Origin: Gemmatimonadaceae bacterium
GTDB lineage: Bacteria > Gemmatimonadota > Gemmatimonadetes > Gemmatimonadales > Gemmatimonadaceae
NCBI GenBank assembly: GCA_051859245.1
Contig: JBHYGA010000001.1
Coordinates: forward strand, 480,001-544,000
Reading direction: 5' to 3'
Length of the DNA stretch: 64,000 nucleotides
Shown piece after piece: positions 58,353 through 64,000 of the stretch; position 1 is the first letter of the stretch; each line of letters begins with the position of its first letter. The translations under genes were made by a program, and so were the position numbers. The notes under the pieces are model-generated. The model saw only the letters and a list, made by a program, of their open reading frames with translations, ran no database searches and had not been told where the DNA came from.

Positions 58353-59124
58353 TGGGTCCCGCCGCCACTTGCAGCAACGACGGAGGGAAGCCGAACATCT
58401 GATTTGATGTACGGGTGAAGTGTGCCGAGTCGGCAAAGCCTGCACGATGTGCGGCCGTCGAGATGGATTCACCTTGCGCTAGCAGGTCCCAGGCAAGGAT
58501 GAAACGACGCCAGAGCACGTAGGGTCGCACGCCCATTCCCGTCTGCGCCACGAAGAGGTGACGCAGCCGGCCTGGCGAGAGAAACACGTGCGCGGCGACA
58601 TCATCCAGCGCGACGCTCCCGTTGAGATGCGTGCGAATGTACTCGACGGCTCGCATGATGCGTTCGTCTGTCACGCTGGTCGGGGCGACGTCCGCCGCGA
58701 GCGCTCCGACGACGCGCGTTGCGCCCGCAATGAGGTGCTCCTTTGATGCGCCGCGTAACCAGCTTGCAAACAGATCCGCGCACGTAGCACGGACCTGTGT
58801 GTCATCGACTGAAGCGACGCCCTGCGTGATGTAGCGTTCAGTGAGTGCACGGCCAAGTGTCGCTTCGGGCTCCACGAAGATGACGGCGTTATAGGTAGCG
58901 GCAGTCGCGTCCATGGAGTGTGGCTGTCGCGACGCAACGATGCCGAGGGCATACGCGGTCCAGTCTTCCTGCTCACTTGTTCTCAGTGCGACGGGGCCCG
59001 CGTAGCCGAACGTCACCTGAATGGCTTGATGAGCGTGCGTGGGAATGACGCGATTCGCGCGTCCGATGAGCAGTACGCCTCCATCCCACGCGACGAGGTC
59101 GCCGACGCCGACGGGAGTGGTCAT
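58342..59124 (-). CDS. AraC-family regulator
   Basis: HAHQAIQ cupin; LSPGRLRHLF; AGFADSAHFTRT. Confidence 0.92.
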   Translation of the reverse strand: MTTPVGVGDLVAWDGGVLLIGRANRVIPTHAHQAIQVTFGYAGPVALRTSEQEDWTAYALGIVASRQPHSMDATAATYNAVIFVEPEATLGRALTERYITQGVASVDDTQVRATCADLFASWLRGASKEHLIAGATRVVGALAADVAPTSVTDERIMRAVEYIRTHLNGSVALDDVAAHVFLSPGRLRHLFVAQTGMGVRPYVLWRRFILAWDLLAQGESISTAAHRAGFADSAHFTRTSNQMFGFPPSLLQVAAGPTTP

Positions 59125-59429
59125 CCGCCGAGACCGTCCCAGTCATGGTCGATATTCCGAACGCCTGCTCGGTACAGTGATCGCATCAAAAAGACTCCGC
59201 CGCTTCTGCCGAGGCTATTGTTGCCGTCGCAAAATTATCTGCTCGGCTGCTATGACGTTCACTCTCCAGCCCGTATCCATGAAGATCGCTCGTGGAATCT
59301 CGCCAGGCCAGTGCTCAGCAAGCAGGAACCAGGGAAGGTGCGTGAACACGCGCATGCCGGCACCAAGTCCGTTCGCGTACGCGCAATCATCCACTCGCCG
59401 TGTGCCAGGAACGAACGACGGCGGATCGC

Positions 59430-60455
59430 ATCGACGCATCCCGGCACGCTCCGCTGCCGCATTGGCACGCGAGATATCAGAACTGCGGGAGATCACCGTG
59501 AACGCGGCGCCCATCACCGATGCGCCAGTGAGCAGGCCGAGATTGCGCGAGAAGTTGAGCAGTCCAGCCGTCACACCGCGCCGCGCTGGACTGGCGCCCG
59601 ACATGACGACCGGGCTGTTCGCTGTCTGAAAGAGTCCGAATCCTGCCGTCATGATCGCAATCGCACCGAGGTAGCCACGCACGCCGAGTGTGGATGGCAA
59701 CACCCGATGTCGCGCTCAAGGCGAGCGAACGCGAGAGGTAGAATGGACCGATGACCCGCGTCGACATCAGGAGACTCGAGACGAGTACACGCATGGCGAG
59801 ACTCGATCGCAGCCCCCGATCGCGAAACATCGGCGAATAGATGAGTGGCGACGACACCACCGACTCAACCCGTCTCAGCAGTACTCCTCCACTAACCGCT
59901 GCAGCGAGCAGCATGGCATTGACCATGCCCACGTTTCCCCTGCCAACGGTCATGGCCATCGAATAGACCGCGAGTGTCAATGCCATCACCGTCGTGCCGA
60001 GGATGTCGAGTCCCTGCAGCGGCGACCTTCCGTCTCGCGCCGCTCCCGGAAAAGCTGGCAGGGAATAGCGCGCCAGTGAAAGTGCGACAATCCCCAGCGG
60101 GATGTTGACGAAGAAGATCGCGCGCCAATCGAACCACGCGATCAGGAAACCGCCTAACGATAGACCAAGCCCCGTTCCGACCGCAGACATGGTGCCCATC
60201 AATCCCATGGCGCTGCCCATCCGCGATGTCGCGACGGAATCGCTGATGAAGGGATGCGTGCGCGTCATCATGATGGCTGCGCCCACGCCCTGTGCCGCAC
60301 GAGCAACGAAGAGCTGCGACAGCGTGATGGCACGTCCGCAGCGCATGGACAACAGGGTGAAGAGCGCAATGCCAGCACACAATACGCGCCGGCGGCCAAG
60401 GATATCTCCAAGCCGTCCGGCGGCGACGAGAAGCGAGGTGAAGGAAAGCACGCTG
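59430..60455 (-). pseudogene. MFS (DHA2) efflux transporter, truncated and frameshifted
   Basis: AGRLGDILGRRR, ARAAQGVGAA, WRAIFFVNIPLG, FQTANSPVV..SRNLGLLTGAS across two frames. Confidence 0.75.
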
Positions 60456-60469
60456 TGACGAGATGGCGC

Positions 60470-60900
60470 GGTTGATCTCGAAACGAGAGTGGTCGAGGCG
60501 AGCACAAGCCCCGAGCATCGCGTGCATGCGCTGATTCGAGACCGATACGCAGGCGTGGTGCGACAAGGCCATCCGCTCGCCAAGGGGAAGATCACGCCTT
60601 TGATATGCCCGCGGCTTGCATAGCTCAGTTTCCCGTCGCGGGCCTGACGAGGATCCGATCGATGCGGCGCTTGCAGCGTTTGATGTGAAGCGTCAGGTCG
60701 TTGTCGCGATTCTTGGCGGATTCTCTTCGGCACTCGCTCTCGCGCGCGCATCCGATCTAGTCGAAACAGTACCGGAGCGCCATTCCGGCACGCTGCGTGC
60801 AGGGACGCATACATTTCCGCTTCCGTTCGCTACGGAGCCGTTTGCGATATCGATGCTGTGGCACCCGCGCTTGGACGCGGATCCGGCTCATCGGTGGTAG
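60470..60900 (+). pseudogene. LysR substrate-binding domain fragment
   Basis: RDRYAGVVRQGHPL, IDAALAA..FSSALALARASDLV, MLWHPRLDADPAHRW*; HTH missing. Confidence 0.7.
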
Positions 60901-61095
60901 CGCACGTGTGTGTAGAAGGCCTGCGTCACCGAGCGCGCACCAAGCGCTCGTGTGAACATGCCCGGAACAGCTGACCGCCAACGCCGACCGCGCAAGTGAC
61001 GCTGGACGGAGGCGCACAATTCGTGTGCCTCGTCCAGCGTTCACTGCACTTCAGGTCTTCGAACCGACGAATGCTTCGCCAGCCAACCGTCAGCG

Positions 61096-61629
61096 TTACG
61101 GGACGAGGGTTACCTGTCCACGAATTTCTCCACCCGTGTTCGCGTCGGTGTGCAAGTTCACATAGATATTGCCCGCACGCATCTGGTCGATGAGCGCCGA
61201 AAGCGGCTGGTTGGCAAGCGTACCACTCAGGTTCGCTGCAGTAATGAACTGCTTGCCAATGCGCCCGTTCTGCACACCGGTCAACGTGGGCGGATCAACG
61301 AGAAACGCGACGACACCACCGTTTGCACCACGTGCACCCGCATGGAAATGGCCGAAGCGTACGTTCGTCAACCCGTTCACGGTCACGTTCACAAAGAGCG
61401 TGTCGTTCGTGCGGCTGAGCGTGAACTCGCTGGTGCCAGAGGCAGTGGTCGTCACCGGCGGCACTTCTTCACTGCCAGCCAACGTCGCGCGGAAGCGCAC
61501 AAGCGGGGTCGGTGTCGCTTCTGCCGGAGTGTCTTCACTGCAGCCTGCGATCGCAACCGATGCCGCGATAGCAAAGCTGCAGGACAGCATGAGGCGCGCG
61601 AGGCGCTGACCGCGAGGATGGATATTCAT
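61096..61629 (-). CDS. CHRD-domain lipoprotein
   Basis: IAGC lipobox; LAGSEEVPPV, HFH, YVNLHT..GEIRGQ. Confidence 0.9.
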   Translation of the reverse strand: MNIHPRGQRLARLMLSCSFAIAASVAIAGCSEDTPAEATPTPLVRFRATLAGSEEVPPVTTTASGTSEFTLSRTNDTLFVNVTVNGLTNVRFGHFHAGARGANGGVVAFLVDPPTLTGVQNGRIGKQFITAANLSGTLANQPLSALIDQMRAGNIYVNLHTDANTGGEIRGQVTLVP

Positions 61630-61748
61630 TGAGAAGTCCCGAAAGTGGAAGGAAGTTGAACCGTTCGGAATCCGAACAGTCAGCAGCCTAATCGCGTTCC
61701 GTGGAACATCTCTGGCCACATCGGGGTTTCGGCGCGGATCGTACGATG

Positions 61749-62693
61749 CTAGTGCACGCCCATCGTGCTTCTGGCACACGCAGCGCGCCATTGTCCGTTC
61801 CGCGTTGAGTCTCGTTGCACAACGCAGTGATACGTACCAACCATCGTGGCGTGTTTCATCGCAACATCGATAAGCACGGTCGCGTCATCAACACGCTGCG
61901 GCACGAGCGGTGTGAAGATCCATGGATCTTCGCCCGGTGGATCCGGCTCGGGCCGGCGAAACATCGACCCGAAAGTTTTCGGACACCGCCGCGATGCGAC
62001 CACCGTGTACGTGGAACGTGACAAGCGACGCAGCAGGTGAAGCGGTGGTTCTTGGGGTGTGCCTGTCATTCCGAGCGCCAAACACGCGATGCGCGCAGGA
62101 TAGGCAGTATCAACCTGCAGGGACGCAAGAATTGTGTCCATCGCGGCGGCGGCGACCGGTAGATGCAGAGAATCGGCAACCGGGCCGAGAGGTGGCATCT
62201 GCACTGGTCCACCAATGACCGTGCGCCAACGCCGAGGTCCCATCGCTTCACGCGCGAGCGCGCGTGCCGGCAGGAACTGGAGTGCCTCCGCCGGTGGTGG
62301 CACAAACTCGAACAGTTGCTCAACTGTATCCGCTACCTGGCGCCCGGCGCGAATCGCAGGAGCGAATCGCCAACGCGGAATTGCATTTGTCACTGCGCGG
62401 GTGAACAACTCGTGCGCCGACTCGCGTACCATGTAGCTCGCCATGTCGGGGCGTCCGGTTGAATCCACAACGAACGTTACGCGCACCACGCCCCCGAGTG
62501 TCGCAGAGCGCAGCATGGTGGGATACACGGGGACGGAGTTCGCGCTGTCTGGCAACGCCGCGCGATTTGCGGGAGCGCGCTGCGCCGCGAGTGGTACGGT
62601 CAGCAGTGCGCACAACAGCAGCGGTGCGAACGCGTTCGGAATTGCTATCGGCATAGTACGATATGACGTGTCAGCATCGCGAATGTCGGGCAC
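61749..62693 (-). CDS. TonB C-terminal domain protein
   Basis: PVYP..G.VRVTFVVDSTGR..WRFAPA..GR.V. Confidence 0.75.
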   Translation of the reverse strand: MPDIRDADTSYRTMPIAIPNAFAPLLLCALLTVPLAAQRAPANRAALPDSANSVPVYPTMLRSATLGGVVRVTFVVDSTGRPDMASYMVRESAHELFTRAVTNAIPRWRFAPAIRAGRQVADTVEQLFEFVPPPAEALQFLPARALAREAMGPRRWRTVIGGPVQMPPLGPVADSLHLPVAAAAMDTILASLQVDTAYPARIACLALGMTGTPQEPPLHLLRRLSRSTYTVVASRRCPKTFGSMFRRPEPDPPGEDPWIFTPLVPQRVDDATVLIDVAMKHATMVGTYHCVVQRDSTRNGQWRAACARSTMGVH

Positions 62694-62700
62694 ATGAATT

Positions 62701-64000
62701 TTACTGGATTGCTGCGCGCGCTGCCACGGGAATCGAGCCCGCGAACACCCATTCCACCACTACGAGCTCTGCTGCCTGGAGCCACTCACGGTCAAACGGT
62801 ATGGCGGACATGTTGATCTGTTGTGAGCCGCCTGGTGTGAGTCCATAGGTTTCAGGACGCAACAGGCCGTACGTCCTTCCTGAAATGGTCGGTGCGAGCA
62901 GCCACGATCCTGGCGAGTAGTTGGTTTCAAACCACTCCAAGCGCAGTACTTCATTGCGCTGCGTGTTCACCAGCAGAAATGTATAGTGCTCAAGATCCTC
63001 CCATCCGTCACCTGGCAGACGCTCAAACTCCACGCTCAGCTCAGGCTGTGCCGGCAGTGAAAAACTGCGCACCGTGATCGTGCGGCCATTCCGCACCAGA
63101 CGCGCGTTCGTACTAAGCGGCAGTCGACCTAGTAGCAGTGGTTCGCGAAGTTCCATGCTGCCGCGAACAGAAACGTGGGTGATGTTGTGGATGATTTCAT
63201 TATTGATCACCGCCGCGACACCAGTTTCTGACCGGCGCAGGATGACGTTTGCTGATCCAAGCATGCTGCCGATCGTATCCCCAGTCAACGTGCGAACGAC
63301 GCGACGAGGCGAGGCACCGAGCCACGCCAGGTTTGATGGCAGCGGGAGCAAAGGAGCGTTGAGAATCTGCCGTAGAGAAACGGACGACAGCGTACGTGCC
63401 TCTGCGCCGGCAATTCCCAACTGCACGGATGCTGGCTTCCACTGTACACGCTGAGTCGGAGTGAGGCCACTGAAGTTCGGTGCGATCACCAGTCGCTTAT
63501 CGTCGCGCAGTTCACCACCAACCCGCTGCACGAGCTCAGCGGTTACAGTGACATTTTCGGCGTTCACTCGTACGTGCGCGGCATTCACGCTCGGCGTCGC
63601 GAAATGCAGACCGATCAGAATGATGACACTGCCGAACACGCTCGCCCGCGTGGGTAGAGTAGCGCGACGCGCACGGAACATGTGCACCACACCCACGAGT
63701 CCAGCCACTCCTATCAAGATCAACAGGACAGCGGGACCGGACGTATTTCCCACACGGTTGGGCAGCAAACGAGTGGCGACCATGCCGATCAGGAAGAGGG
63801 CAGGTAGCGCGCAAAGCAGCACGAGCAATGCCGCCCGTAGGCTGCTTACAACGGTAGCGGTTAGCGCCGCTGCAGACAGCAGTGCCGCGAGCGGCAGAGT
63901 GCCACGCATTAGCGGCCGCAGCATCAGCGACATTTGCACGTCGAGTGCGCGCAGGAAGATCACCGTTGCAGACGCCGTGAACAACAAGAGTATGCCGATC
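62701..64000 (-). CDS. Membrane protein, 5' end beyond the window
   Basis: Several TM segments followed by a soluble domain; frame open to the window edge. Confidence 0.6.
   Translation of the reverse strand, partial: IGILLLFTASATVIFLRALDVQMSLMLRPLMRGTLPLAALLSAAALTATVVSSLRAALLVLLCALPALFLIGMVATRLLPNRVGNTSGPAVLLILIGVAGLVGVVHMFRARRATLPTRASVFGSVIILIGLHFATPSVNAAHVRVNAENVTVTAELVQRVGGELRDDKRLVIAPNFSGLTPTQRVQWKPASVQLGIAGAEARTLSSVSLRQILNAPLLPLPSNLAWLGASPRRVVRTLTGDTIGSMLGSANVILRRSETGVAAVINNEIIHNITHVSVRGSMELREPLLLGRLPLSTNARLVRNGRTITVRSFSLPAQPELSVEFERLPGDGWEDLEHYTFLLVNTQRNEVLRLEWFETNYSPGSWLLAPTISGRTYGLLRPETYGLTPGGSQQINMSAIPFDREWLQAAELVVVEWVFAGSIPVAARAAIQ

Noticed and set aside
1..64000. Numerous overlapping Arg/Ala-rich ORFs in the six-frame track; tRNA/rRNA genes
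   Set aside because: The ORFs are shadow frames of high-GC genes; no cloverleaf or rRNA signatures were seen.

Overview
High-GC bacterial chromosome segment, probably Gemmatimonadota (inferred from the gene repertoire: Ser/Thr kinase-TPR protein, TonB receptor/DUF4249, LVIVD/DUF305, many secreted hydrolases). About 1-37.7 kb and 53.8-64 kb are accessory metabolic, transport and regulatory genes with several deletion-scarred pseudogenes. The region 37.8-53.8 kb is a plasticity hotspot with three parts. (i) A decaying integron: a 5'-truncated IntI fragment with catalytic Tyr->Phe points into its own cassette array. The array has four full attC sites and three complete cassettes (Zn-ribbon/nucleoside-deoxyribosyltransferase-like, TIR, papain-like), plus an antisense 1550-aa nuclease-STAND (Avs-like) gene, an hsdR relic and an IS3 remnant. 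(ii) A ~2.9-kb DsbA / 8-Cys secreted peptide / beta-propeller island behind a G10-containing promoter, lying between two ~0.75-0.8-kb direct copies of the imuB 3' half. (iii) Two toxin-antitoxin pairs. No rRNA, tRNA or CRISPR array was seen. All family assignments come from motif recognition by eye, not database searches.
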